Assembly (NCBI GenBank): GCA_039803745.1
Contig: JBDRZD010000012.1
Location: forward strand, 1 to 35,424
Source: a candidate division WOR-3 bacterium
GTDB lineage: Bacteria; Hydrothermota; Hydrothermia; Hydrothermales; Hydrothermaceae
Length of the DNA stretch: 35,424 nucleotides
Reading direction: 5' to 3'
In this document: in pieces, positions 1 through 7,983 of the stretch
Layout: each line of letters opens with the position of its first letter
Position numbering within the stretch: position 1 is the first letter of the stretch
Made by a program: the position numbers and the translations under genes
Notes under the pieces: generated by a model
Databases searched by the model: none
The model's input: the letters and a program-made list of their open reading frames with translations, nothing else
What the model was told of the DNA's origin: nothing

Positions 1-371
1 TATTTTTTAAAGGGTAAAAGAAAAGAAGTTCTTCCTGTAAATGTAGTTGAAATTAGTTTAATTGAATCTATCTTGCCATATTCATCAATAATTTCTTCAT
101 TTTTAAAATCTCCCTCTTTTGAATATGTAAATTCTGTGAAAACAAATTTTTTATAAAAAGAAGAATAAAATAAATATTGAGTGTAATTTTCTCTATAAAC
201 AGAGGGTTCGCCATTTCCTATAATCACTTTCCAATCATAAGAAAAATGTTCAAAATATAAACTGAAGGAATTTTCCCTTTTATAAAAAAATGGATTCTCT
301 TTAAATATAAAAGTGTTATCATAAAAAATAGAGGATTTTTGAGAAAGTAGAAATATCAGGAGTATTTTCAT
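1..371 (-). CDS. Hypothetical protein, runs off the window start (MKILLIFLLSQKSSIFYDNTF...), possibly exported
   Basis: My own translation: ATG at 371-369, open frame to the window edge, short hydrophobic N-terminus. Not in the supplied ORF track, probably because it has no stop in the window. Confidence 0.65.
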   Translation of the reverse strand, partial: MKILLIFLLSQKSSIFYDNTFIFKENPFFYKRENSFSLYFEHFSYDWKVIIGNGEPSVYRENYTQYLFYSSFYKKFVFTEFTYSKEGDFKNEEIIDEYGKIDSIKLISTTFTGRTSFLLPFKK

Positions 372-382
372 ATAAAAATGAA

Positions 383-457
383 TCGGGGCGAGTGGATTTG
401 AACCACCGACCTCCTGGTCCCAAGCCAGGCGCGCTATCCGGGCTGCGCTACGCCCCG
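383..457 (-). tRNA. tRNA-Pro (anticodon TGG), 3' CCA not encoded
   Basis: Reverse complement CGGGGCG-TA-GCGC-AGCCCGGATA-GCGC-G-CCTGG-CT-TGG-GA-CCAGG-AGGTC-GGTGG-TTCAAAT-CCACT-CGCCCCG-A forms a full cloverleaf; followed by TTC, not CCA. Confidence 0.97.
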
Positions 458-466
458 AAGAATTTA

Positions 467-496
467 ATTTTAATGAACGATTTTTAAAAATTTCAA
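467..496 (-). promoter_or_regulatory. Sigma70-type promoter for tRNA-Pro (TTGAAA-18-TAAAAT)
   Basis: -35 at 496-491 and -10 at 472-467 on the minus strand, just upstream of the tRNA 5' end. Confidence 0.6.
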
Positions 497-546
497 TTGA
501 CATTTTAAATTTTATTTTATTAAAATTTTAAACTTTAAAAGGAGGT
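497..546 (+). promoter_or_regulatory. Sigma70-type promoter (TTGACA-18-TAAAAT) and SD (AAGGAGGT) of the methionine operon
   Basis: Consensus TTGACA 497-502, TAAAAT 521-526, SD 539-546. Confidence 0.75.
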
Positions 547-555
547 ATAGCATTC

Positions 556-2334
556 ATCCTGATAAAATGCGAGAAAGTTATTGTTGCAGATGGTGCATTT
601 GGAACTTATCTTTACAAAAAGGGTATTCCTTTAAATAAAAACTTTTCTCTTTTAAATATTGAAAATCCGGAACTTGTAAAAAGTATTCATAGAGAATATA
701 TTATTGCAGGAGCAGAATTGATTGAAACAAATACATTCAGTGCAAATCTTTATAAAATTCCTGATGAGGATATATGCTATAAGGCGAATCTTGAAGGAGC
801 AAAGATTGCAAAAGAAGTTTCAGAGAATAAAGTGCTCGTTGCAGGGAGCATTGGTCCAATAGGTAAACCAATTTATCCATTTTCAGAGATTAAAAAGGAA
901 GATATCAAGAAATATTTCTATCCTCAGGTTAAAGGACTAATTGATGGAAATGTTGACCTTTTAATAGTTGAAACCCAGGTTTTGATTGAAGAAGCAGAAG
1001 AAATATTAAAAGTTATAAAAGAAATTAAAAGAGATATACCTATAATTTTGAGTTTTTCCTTTAATGAAGACAAATTGACTCCATTTGGTGTCTCTATTAA
1101 AGATGTTGTTGAACTTGCTGAAAAGTATAAAGTTGAATTTGTTGGAGCAAATTGCGGTGTTGGTCCTATTCCAACCCTTGAAATAATTAATGAATTTTTA
1201 AATTTAACAAAAATAAAGGTTTCTTCAATGCCAAATGCAGGGTATCCTGTTTATAAAAAGGGAGGATTTTTCTATCCTTCCCATCCAGAGCATTTCTTAG
1301 AATATGCAATCAAAATGGTTGAGGAAGGTGTTAAGATAATAGGTGGATGTTGTGGAACAGAGCCAAGGCATATAAGTTTAATTAAGCAAAATTTGGGAGA
1401 AATTTCAAAAAAAGGGAAAGGTAAAAAAATTCTTATAGAAGAAAAAGAAAGAAAGGGGTTAAGAGTTATATGTGAAGGAAATTTATTTAAAGAAAAAATT
1501 AATAAAAATGAATTCATTATTTCTATTGAAGTTTATCCACCGAAAGGAATTTTAACTGAAAAAATTTTTGAGAAATTTAAAATTTTAAAACAAAAAGGTA
1601 TTAAATTTGTCAATGTTGTTGACCTTCCTCTTGCAAGGATGAGGATGTCAGGAATTGCCTTTGCCCATATTGTTAAAGAAAAATTTGGTTTTGAACCAAT
1701 TCTACATTTTACATGTAGAGATAGAAACTTATTGAGTATTTATGCAGATTTGCTTGGTGCAAGGGCACTTGGTATAAAGAATATTCTTGCCCTTACAGGA
1801 GATCCACTTTTTATGGGAGATTATCCTCATGCAACTGCAAATTATGATTTAACAAAAACAGGTCTTTTAAAACTTATAAAATTTTTAAATGAAGGAAAAG
1901 ACATTTCTGGTAGAGATATAGATGTTAAATTTGATTTTTTTGCAGGAACATCAATATCTTTTTATGAGATTTATGATGAAGATAAAATAAAAGAGAAGGT
2001 TGATTCAGGAGCACAATTTTTTTATACACAGCCTGTTTATAATAAATTTTATATTGAAAAATTCAAAGAAAAAAATGATTTTCCTATTTTTGCAGGTATT
2101 CTTTTATGCAAAGATTTAAAACAGTTTGAATATTTTTCAAAAGAGGTTCCTGATATTGAGATACCAGAGGATATTTTAAAAAAATTTGAAGATTTTAAAG
2201 ATGATTTTTTAAATATTCAGGAAGAAATTTTGGTAAATTTAATTTTTGATTTAAAGAAAATAAGCAATGGTATTTACATTATTTCACCAGGCGTTAAAAC
2301 CGAATTTATTGAAAAAATAATTAAAGAAATATGA
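556..2334 (+). CDS. yitJ: Bifunctional homocysteine S-methyltransferase / 5,10-methylenetetrahydrofolate reductase (YitJ-type); start codon uncertain and probably non-canonical
   Basis: The frame extends upstream of the TTG at 718 through VIVADGAFGTYL...PELVKSIHREYIIAGA (conserved HMT N-terminus). Zn motifs GANCGVGP and IIGGCCGT; C-terminal MTHFR motifs (EVYPPKG, ILHFTCRDRN, NILALTGDP, TQPVY). In-frame stop at 529-531; start placed at ATC 556 by SD spacing. Confidence 0.88.
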   Translation: MLIKCEKVIVADGAFGTYLYKKGIPLNKNFSLLNIENPELVKSIHREYIIAGAELIETNTFSANLYKIPDEDICYKANLEGAKIAKEVSENKVLVAGSIGPIGKPIYPFSEIKKEDIKKYFYPQVKGLIDGNVDLLIVETQVLIEEAEEILKVIKEIKRDIPIILSFSFNEDKLTPFGVSIKDVVELAEKYKVEFVGANCGVGPIPTLEIINEFLNLTKIKVSSMPNAGYPVYKKGGFFYPSHPEHFLEYAIKMVEEGVKIIGGCCGTEPRHISLIKQNLGEISKKGKGKKILIEEKERKGLRVICEGNLFKEKINKNEFIISIEVYPPKGILTEKIFEKFKILKQKGIKFVNVVDLPLARMRMSGIAFAHIVKEKFGFEPILHFTCRDRNLLSIYADLLGARALGIKNILALTGDPLFMGDYPHATANYDLTKTGLLKLIKFLNEGKDISGRDIDVKFDFFAGTSISFYEIYDEDKIKEKVDSGAQFFYTQPVYNKFYIEKFKEKNDFPIFAGILLCKDLKQFEYFSKEVPDIEIPEDILKKFEDFKDDFLNIQEEILVNLIFDLKKISNGIYIISPGVKTEFIEKIIKEI

Positions 2335-3482
2335 AGAAAAGTATTGAAGAAATAAATGAAAGAATTAAAAAGGGTGAGGCTGTTGTTCTAAGGGCTGATG
2401 AAGTTGTTGAAATGGGGAAAAAAGAAGGGTTTAAAGAAATTTTTAAAAAGGTTGATGTTGTTACGACAGGAACATTTGGGATGATGTGTTCTTCTGGTGC
2501 ATTTATAAATACCGGGCATTTTGATCCGCCAACAAAGCTTCAGGATGTGACATTAAATGATGTTAAGGCTTATGGTGGACTTGCAGCAGTTGATATCTAT
2601 ATTGGTGCAACAGAAAGAGCAAACGGAAGAGAAGATTATGGGGGTGCCCATGTGATTGAAGAACTTGTAAAGGGTGAAAAGGTAAGGTTAAAGGCAAAAT
2701 CTATTCCCACTGACTGTTATCCGGGAAAGGAAATCGATGTTTATATTTCTTTAAAAAATATCAATCAAGCTTTTTTATTTAATCCAAGGAATTGTTATCA
2801 AAATTATTATGCAGTAACAAATTCAAGTAATGAATTACTTTATACATATATGGGTCTCCTACTTCCAAATTTTGGAAATGTCGCCTTTTCAACTTCAGGG
2901 GAAATTTCTCCCCTTCATAAAGACCCTTATTTAAGAACAATAGGAATAGGAACAAAGGTCTTTCTTGCAGGTGCACAGGGTTATGTAGTATGGGAGGGAA
3001 CCCAGTTTAATTCAAAAGTTGAAAGGAATAAAGAAACAGGAATACCAAAAAGTCCTAGTGGAACACTTGCCTTAATAGGTAATTTAAAAGAAATTGACCC
3101 TGAATTTTTAAAGGCTGCTTATATAAAGGGTTATGGAATATCATTATTTATTGGGGTAGGAATTCCAATACCAGTTTTAGATGAAGATATGGCATTTTAT
3201 GTTTCAATTCCAAATGAAAAGATAAAGACAAAAATAATTGATTATGGGATTAAAAAACTTGAAAGACCTTTTATAAAAGAAGTGAATTATGCACAGCTTT
3301 TCTCAGGATGGATTGATATTAAAGGTAAAAAAGTTAAAACACAGCCAAGAACAAGCATTTATAAATCAAAAAGGATTGCTGAAATTCTTAAAAAATGGAT
3401 ATTGAAAAAGAAATTTTATTTAACAGAACCGGTTAAAAGTTTACCTTTAGAGGGAGTTTTTAAACCATGGAGAGAAATATAA
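2331..3482 (+). CDS. L-aspartate semialdehyde sulfurtransferase (DUF39 / MA1821-type homocysteine biosynthesis protein), no CBS domains
   Basis: DVVTTGTFGMMCSSG with the conserved Cys, YGGAHVIEELV, TDCYP, NPRNCYQNY, DPYLRTIGIGT; ATGA overlap with yitJ. Confidence 0.9.
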   Translation: MKKSIEEINERIKKGEAVVLRADEVVEMGKKEGFKEIFKKVDVVTTGTFGMMCSSGAFINTGHFDPPTKLQDVTLNDVKAYGGLAAVDIYIGATERANGREDYGGAHVIEELVKGEKVRLKAKSIPTDCYPGKEIDVYISLKNINQAFLFNPRNCYQNYYAVTNSSNELLYTYMGLLLPNFGNVAFSTSGEISPLHKDPYLRTIGIGTKVFLAGAQGYVVWEGTQFNSKVERNKETGIPKSPSGTLALIGNLKEIDPEFLKAAYIKGYGISLFIGVGIPIPVLDEDMAFYVSIPNEKIKTKIIDYGIKKLERPFIKEVNYAQLFSGWIDIKGKKVKTQPRTSIYKSKRIAEILKKWILKKKFYLTEPVKSLPLEGVFKPWREI

Positions 3483-3880
3483 AAGAAAGATTGTTTTTAC
3501 TTTTTCCCAAAAGGATTGTTAATTATCCAGTTACAGCAACCCTTTTAAAAGAAAAGGAAGTTCTTGTAAATATTCTTAAAGCAGAGATTATGCCAAATGA
3601 GGATGGATATATGCTTATTGATATAGAAGGTAAGAAAAAAGAGATTGAAGAGGCGAAAATTTTCCTTAAAGAAAAAGGTGTCTTAATATTTCCTGTTTCT
3701 GAAAAGATTATCATTCATAAAGAAAAATGCGTTCATTGTGGTTCATGTACAGGTGTATGCGTATCAGGTGCTTTATATCTTGATAAAAAATATAAATTAA
3801 GATTTAATCCTAAAAAATGTATTCTTTGTTCTTTATGTAGAGAAACCTGCCCAAGAGGAGCAATTGAGATAATTGGATAA
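3467..3880 (+). CDS. NIL-domain 2x[4Fe-4S] ferredoxin (MA1822-type partner of the sulfurtransferase)
   Basis: VNILKA NIL motif, CVHCGSCTGVC and CILCSLCRETCP; directly after the DUF39 gene. Confidence 0.9.
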   Translation: MERNIKERLFLLFPKRIVNYPVTATLLKEKEVLVNILKAEIMPNEDGYMLIDIEGKKKEIEEAKIFLKEKGVLIFPVSEKIIIHKEKCVHCGSCTGVCVSGALYLDKKYKLRFNPKKCILCSLCRETCPRGAIEIIG

Positions 3881-4589
3881 ATTCTATAGAAAAATTTTAA
3901 ATTATACACTACCTTATCAAATTGAAATAAAATATAAGTTTACTGATATGCTTATTTTAAGTGATAAGAAATTGAATGAGAGAAAAATTTTAAAAGAAAT
4001 TGAAAGAATTTATGAAGAAATTGAAAAATATTCAATAAAGAAACCACTTTTTATTTCCTCTTTAAAACCTGTTTGTGATAAAGATTCTCCCCCATTCTTT
4101 AAGGAATTATTTATATATTCTAAAAGGACAGATCTTGGACCGCTTGCAGGGATTGCAGGTTTCTTTTCAAAAAAGATTGCGGAATTTATAAAAAAAGAAT
4201 TTGATCCCTGTAATTTAATAATAGAAAATGGAGGGGATATATTTTTGGAAAGAGAAGAGGAATCAAAGATATTAATATATGCAGGAGATTCACCTTTGAG
4301 TATGAAAATAGGTTTTAAACTTGAAAAGGGAAAATATGGAATTGCGACCTCTTCAAAAAGTGTCGGGCATTCCTTATCTTTTGGAAACACAGATTCTTTA
4401 ACAATAATTTCTGATGATCCGATTATTTCAGATTTTTATGCAACCTATTTTGGAAATATAATAAAGGATGAAAAAGATATTGAAAGAGTCCTTAAAGTTG
4501 CCAAAGAGATAAAAGAGATTAAAGGATTAATAGTTATTTTAAAGGATAAAATAGGAGTTTATGGAGTTCAAATTTTTAGAAACCTTTAA
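3873..4589 (+). CDS. UPF0280 / ApbE-like protein (COG2122, MA1715-type, linked to sulfide assimilation)
   Basis: GPLAGIAG, IIENGGDI, IYAGDSPLS, GIATSS..VGHSLSFG..D motifs; TTG start; typical gene context. Confidence 0.85.
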   Translation: MDKFYRKILNYTLPYQIEIKYKFTDMLILSDKKLNERKILKEIERIYEEIEKYSIKKPLFISSLKPVCDKDSPPFFKELFIYSKRTDLGPLAGIAGFFSKKIAEFIKKEFDPCNLIIENGGDIFLEREEESKILIYAGDSPLSMKIGFKLEKGKYGIATSSKSVGHSLSFGNTDSLTIISDDPIISDFYATYFGNIIKDEKDIERVLKVAKEIKEIKGLIVILKDKIGVYGVQIFRNL

Positions 4590-4592
4590 AAA

Positions 4593-5744
4593 TTATCCTA
4601 TTTCTTTTAAAGCGAGATTTTTACCTTCAACCATATTCCTGAGTTTTTCAAAGGCAATTTCCCAGCTTCTTGTTCTCAAACCGCAATCAGGTGCAACAAA
4701 TATTTTCTCAGGATTTTTAATCTTTTCATAGGCATATAAAATTCTATCCCTTATAAGTTCTGGAGGCTCTATAAAATCAGTATGAACATCTATTACACCA
4801 AGTCCTATTATAAAATCAAAATTTTTCAAATCTGATAAAATCTTATATCCTTTTCTTACCTCTTCTTTTATTCCCATTTCTATGCTATCCCTGTTTGCAT
4901 ACTCAAAATGAATTTCCTTTACAATTCCCTGAATTTTATCAAGGTAAGGAAAAAGAAGTTTGTAATCGGAAAAGCATATATGAATGCTGAAAAATACATC
5001 TTTATAAAGTTCTTTTATTGAATCAATCAATGAATTTATAAACATTTCTATTTCATAAGGTTTTGTTGTTGCAGCAGGCTCATCTATCTGTAAGAATTTT
5101 GCTCCAATTTCTTTTAAAGATTTTAAATTTGGATATATTATTTTTTCAGAGATTTCTCTTAAAAATTTTTCTCTTGCAATTCTTTTTCTTTTTATAAAAT
5201 CCTTTTCATTAACTTTTTTAATATAATATTCGTCAAAGGACCAGTCCATCAAGGTATATGCACCTGTTATGGGGATTTTAACTTCTTTTTTTGCAAAAGA
5301 TGAAATCCTCTTATACTCATCAACATGATAAAATTTTTTTAATTTTAATTTTTTTACACAGGCTGCCTTTTTAAAATATTTATTATCAAAACTCCTTATA
5401 TACCCCTTAAATTCAAATCCTTCTATGTTTTTGATTGGATACTCATACATTTCAACCCTATGTTGCTCACCATCATAAACTAAGTCAATCCCTGTTTTTT
5501 CAAGCATCCTTGTTGCAAATAGAGAAGAAAAGTATATTATTTTTTCTTTTTCATAAGAATTAAAATTTTCTCTTTTATTTAATATATCAAATAATTCCTC
5601 TGATTCATTTTTTAAATTTAGAAAATCTGCCCATTTTTTAGCATATTCAATATCTTCATCATTCAATCTTTCATTTCTTATTGCCTTTACCCTCCAAGAA
5701 GGTTTTGCAAGAGAACCTATTTCATGTGTTAAAAGTGCTTTCAT
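4593..5744 (-). CDS. metE: Cobalamin-independent methionine synthase, catalytic (C-terminal) half of a split MetE
   Basis: THEIGSL.KP, YDGEQHR, KIPITGAYT, LQIDEPA; Zn ligands in HIC, HFEYAN and APDCGL. Confidence 0.85.
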   Translation of the reverse strand: MKALLTHEIGSLAKPSWRVKAIRNERLNDEDIEYAKKWADFLNLKNESEELFDILNKRENFNSYEKEKIIYFSSLFATRMLEKTGIDLVYDGEQHRVEMYEYPIKNIEGFEFKGYIRSFDNKYFKKAACVKKLKLKKFYHVDEYKRISSFAKKEVKIPITGAYTLMDWSFDEYYIKKVNEKDFIKRKRIAREKFLREISEKIIYPNLKSLKEIGAKFLQIDEPAATTKPYEIEMFINSLIDSIKELYKDVFFSIHICFSDYKLLFPYLDKIQGIVKEIHFEYANRDSIEMGIKEEVRKGYKILSDLKNFDFIIGLGVIDVHTDFIEPPELIRDRILYAYEKIKNPEKIFVAPDCGLRTRSWEIAFEKLRNMVEGKNLALKEIG

Positions 5745-6643
5745 TTTATTTTTTTAAGTAAATTAAATTTTTCATCAGCAATTTTTTTCGGTAAGAATAA
5801 GAAATCGCAGTTTCCAGAAAGATAAATTTCCTTTGCTATATCTTTTAAATTATTTATAAAATTCTGTAAATCCCTTTTTTTCTCTATATAGGAATTTTCA
5901 CAATCAATACATCCTGCAACAAGGATTTTTTCTTCATCCCATCTTTTTATTTCATCAATATTATTCCTTAAAAAATCAATTCCTATCCCTCTTAAAGGTA
6001 AAGAAAAAAGGAAGTTTAAAATTCCCCTCACTTTACCAAAATAGGTTTGAACTATAATCTCATATCCCTTTTTATATAAATTTTTATAAAAATTTTTTAA
6101 AATGTTTTTTTCTTCTTTTTCTATTTTTCTTCTCACAATAACTGGGTCTTCAAAGAAAAAAATTCCCTTTCTTTTAGAAATTATAATATCACATATTTCA
6201 GTCATTAAATCACATATTTTATTTAATTCAATTTCTTCAGAAAATTCTTTAAATAAAAGAGGGGATGGCAAGATTAAAAGTCTTTTAGAGTTATCTTTAA
6301 TTTTGAAATATTTTTCTATCCATCCTTCAATTTTATTTTCATTTATTTTTATCTTCTTTTCAAAATATAAAACTCTATAAAAGAAATTTGTTTCAAAATA
6401 TCTTTTTAATCCATTTACCTTTATCCCTTCAAAAATCTCTGAAAATGGTCTTAAAAGGTCATCCCAGTTTAAAAGTCCATCACTTATGTATTCTAATCCT
6501 TCCTGAATTTGAAAAATATTTTTATAATCCTCTTCATATCTTTTTATGACTTCCTCTTCTTTTATTCTTTTTCTTTCAAAATCAATTGTTGCCTTTATAA
6601 GACTTTCTGATCTTGAATATATTCCATTTAAGAATACTTTCAC
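5741..6643 (-). CDS. MetE N-terminal-like (folate-binding) half of a split MetE
   Basis: GIYSRS, ISDGLLNWDD, RYFETNFFYR, QTYFG, GIGIDF motifs; no Zn ligand set; ATGA-coupled to the catalytic half. Confidence 0.75.
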   Translation of the reverse strand: MKVFLNGIYSRSESLIKATIDFERKRIKEEEVIKRYEEDYKNIFQIQEGLEYISDGLLNWDDLLRPFSEIFEGIKVNGLKRYFETNFFYRVLYFEKKIKINENKIEGWIEKYFKIKDNSKRLLILPSPLLFKEFSEEIELNKICDLMTEICDIIISKRKGIFFFEDPVIVRRKIEKEEKNILKNFYKNLYKKGYEIIVQTYFGKVRGILNFLFSLPLRGIGIDFLRNNIDEIKRWDEEKILVAGCIDCENSYIEKKRDLQNFINNLKDIAKEIYLSGNCDFLFLPKKIADEKFNLLKKIK

Positions 6644-7983
6644 TAAATTTCCTTTAGGACTTCCTCAAAGATTTCAATACCAACATCTATTTCATCTTTT
6701 GAAATTACAAGTGGTGGGCAGAATCTTATCACATTTTCACCTGCTGGAAGTAATAATATACCCTTCTCAAAGCATTTATAAACAATTTTATCTCTTTTTG
6801 TTTTATCTCTTTCTTTTTTAATTTTATCTTTCACAATTTCAACACCAACCATAAGTCCTTTTCCTCTTACATCTCCTATAATATCATATTTTTTCTCAAG
6901 ATTTTTAAGAAGATTAATTAAATATTCACCTGTTTTTCTCACATTTTCAAGTAATCCATTTTCTAAAATTTCTATTACTTTGAGTGCAACCATGCATGCA
7001 ACAGGGTTTCCACCAAAGGTTGATGCGTGGGAGCCAGGTTTCCAGCTCATTATTCCTGATTTTGCAATGCATGCACCAAGCGGAAGTCCTGAGGCAATCC
7101 CTTTTGCAACAGTTACTATATCAGGGATTATTCCCCAGTGTTCTATTGCAAAAAATTTTCCTGTTCTTCCCATTCCTGCCTGAATTTCATCATCAACAAG
7201 TAAGATGTCATATTTATCAGCAATTTCTTTTAATTTATTAAAGTATCCAGGTGGAGGAACTATATACCCGCCTTCACCTTGAATTGGCTCAAAAAATATT
7301 GCAGCAATTTCTTCTGGTGAAACAACTTTTTTTAATAATATTTCTTCAATTATTTCAGCACAATAAAAATTGCAATCAGGGTAAGAGAGTTTAAATACAC
7401 ATCTATAACAATAAGGATAAAATACATGATAGATTCCAGGAACGAGTGAATAGAATCCTTTTCTATGTATTTCCTTTGAAGCAGTTAAAGATAGTGCACC
7501 CATTGTCCTTCCATGAAAGGCAGAGTAAAAGGCAATTAAATAGTGTCTTTTTGTGTGATATTTTACAAGTTTTAATGCACATTCAATTGCTTCTGCTCCT
7601 GAATTTGAAAAAAACACTTTTCTATTTTGAGCACCGGGAACTATTTCTGCAAGTTTTTCAGCGAGAAGGATTTCAGGAGGATAATAAAAATCTGTTCCTG
7701 AATAATGGATGAATTTTTCTGATTGTTCTTTTATAACCTTTAAAATTTCAGGATGAGCATGTCCAAGAGCACATACTGCTACACCTGCATTTAAATCCAG
7801 ATATTTATTTCCATCAACATCATATATCCAGCATCCTTCACCTTTTTCAACAACAAGTGGATAAACTCTTGTATATGATGGTGAGATAAATTTTGAATCC
7901 TTTTTTAAATATTCTTTTGCTTTTGGACCGGGTGGCTTTATTTTTATCAAAGGTTTTAATTTCTCTTTTATTATTTTTCCCAT
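6643..7983 (-). CDS. Class-III PLP omega-aminotransferase (ornithine / lysine / 4-aminobutyrate type)
   Basis: NSGAEA, AFHGRT, EPIQGEGG, DDEIQAGMGRTG, PLP lysine in TVAKG, STFGGNP. Confidence 0.9.
   Translation of the reverse strand: MGKIIKEKLKPLIKIKPPGPKAKEYLKKDSKFISPSYTRVYPLVVEKGEGCWIYDVDGNKYLDLNAGVAVCALGHAHPEILKVIKEQSEKFIHYSGTDFYYPPEILLAEKLAEIVPGAQNRKVFFSNSGAEAIECALKLVKYHTKRHYLIAFYSAFHGRTMGALSLTASKEIHRKGFYSLVPGIYHVFYPYCYRCVFKLSYPDCNFYCAEIIEEILLKKVVSPEEIAAIFFEPIQGEGGYIVPPPGYFNKLKEIADKYDILLVDDEIQAGMGRTGKFFAIEHWGIIPDIVTVAKGIASGLPLGACIAKSGIMSWKPGSHASTFGGNPVACMVALKVIEILENGLLENVRKTGEYLINLLKNLEKKYDIIGDVRGKGLMVGVEIVKDKIKKERDKTKRDKIVYKCFEKGILLLPAGENVIRFCPPLVISKDEIDVGIEIFEEVLKEI

Noticed and set aside
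540..571. Superficial resemblance to a fluoride riboswitch (GGAG..GCAUUC.UCC..UGAU..AUGC)
   Set aside because: Conserved GAUG and spacing do not match, there is no P2 region, and downstream genes are not fluoride-related.
567..638. Out-of-frame Cys-rich mini-ORF MRESYCCRWCIWNLSLQKGYSFK* as a cysteine-sensing leader peptide
   Set aside because: It lies inside the yitJ coding region, is 20 nt from the SD, and its Cys codons are by-products of Val/Ala/Gly codons read in a shifted frame. Not fully excluded as the start of a frameshifted yitJ.
718..720. ORF-track start of yitJ at TTG 718
   Set aside because: It would remove the conserved ADGAxGT N-terminal strand and has no clear SD.
6643..7983. 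Possible PLP amino-acid racemase of the class-III fold
   Set aside because: It has EPIQGEGG typical of omega-aminotransferases rather than the QGDAG-like motif I associate with the racemases.
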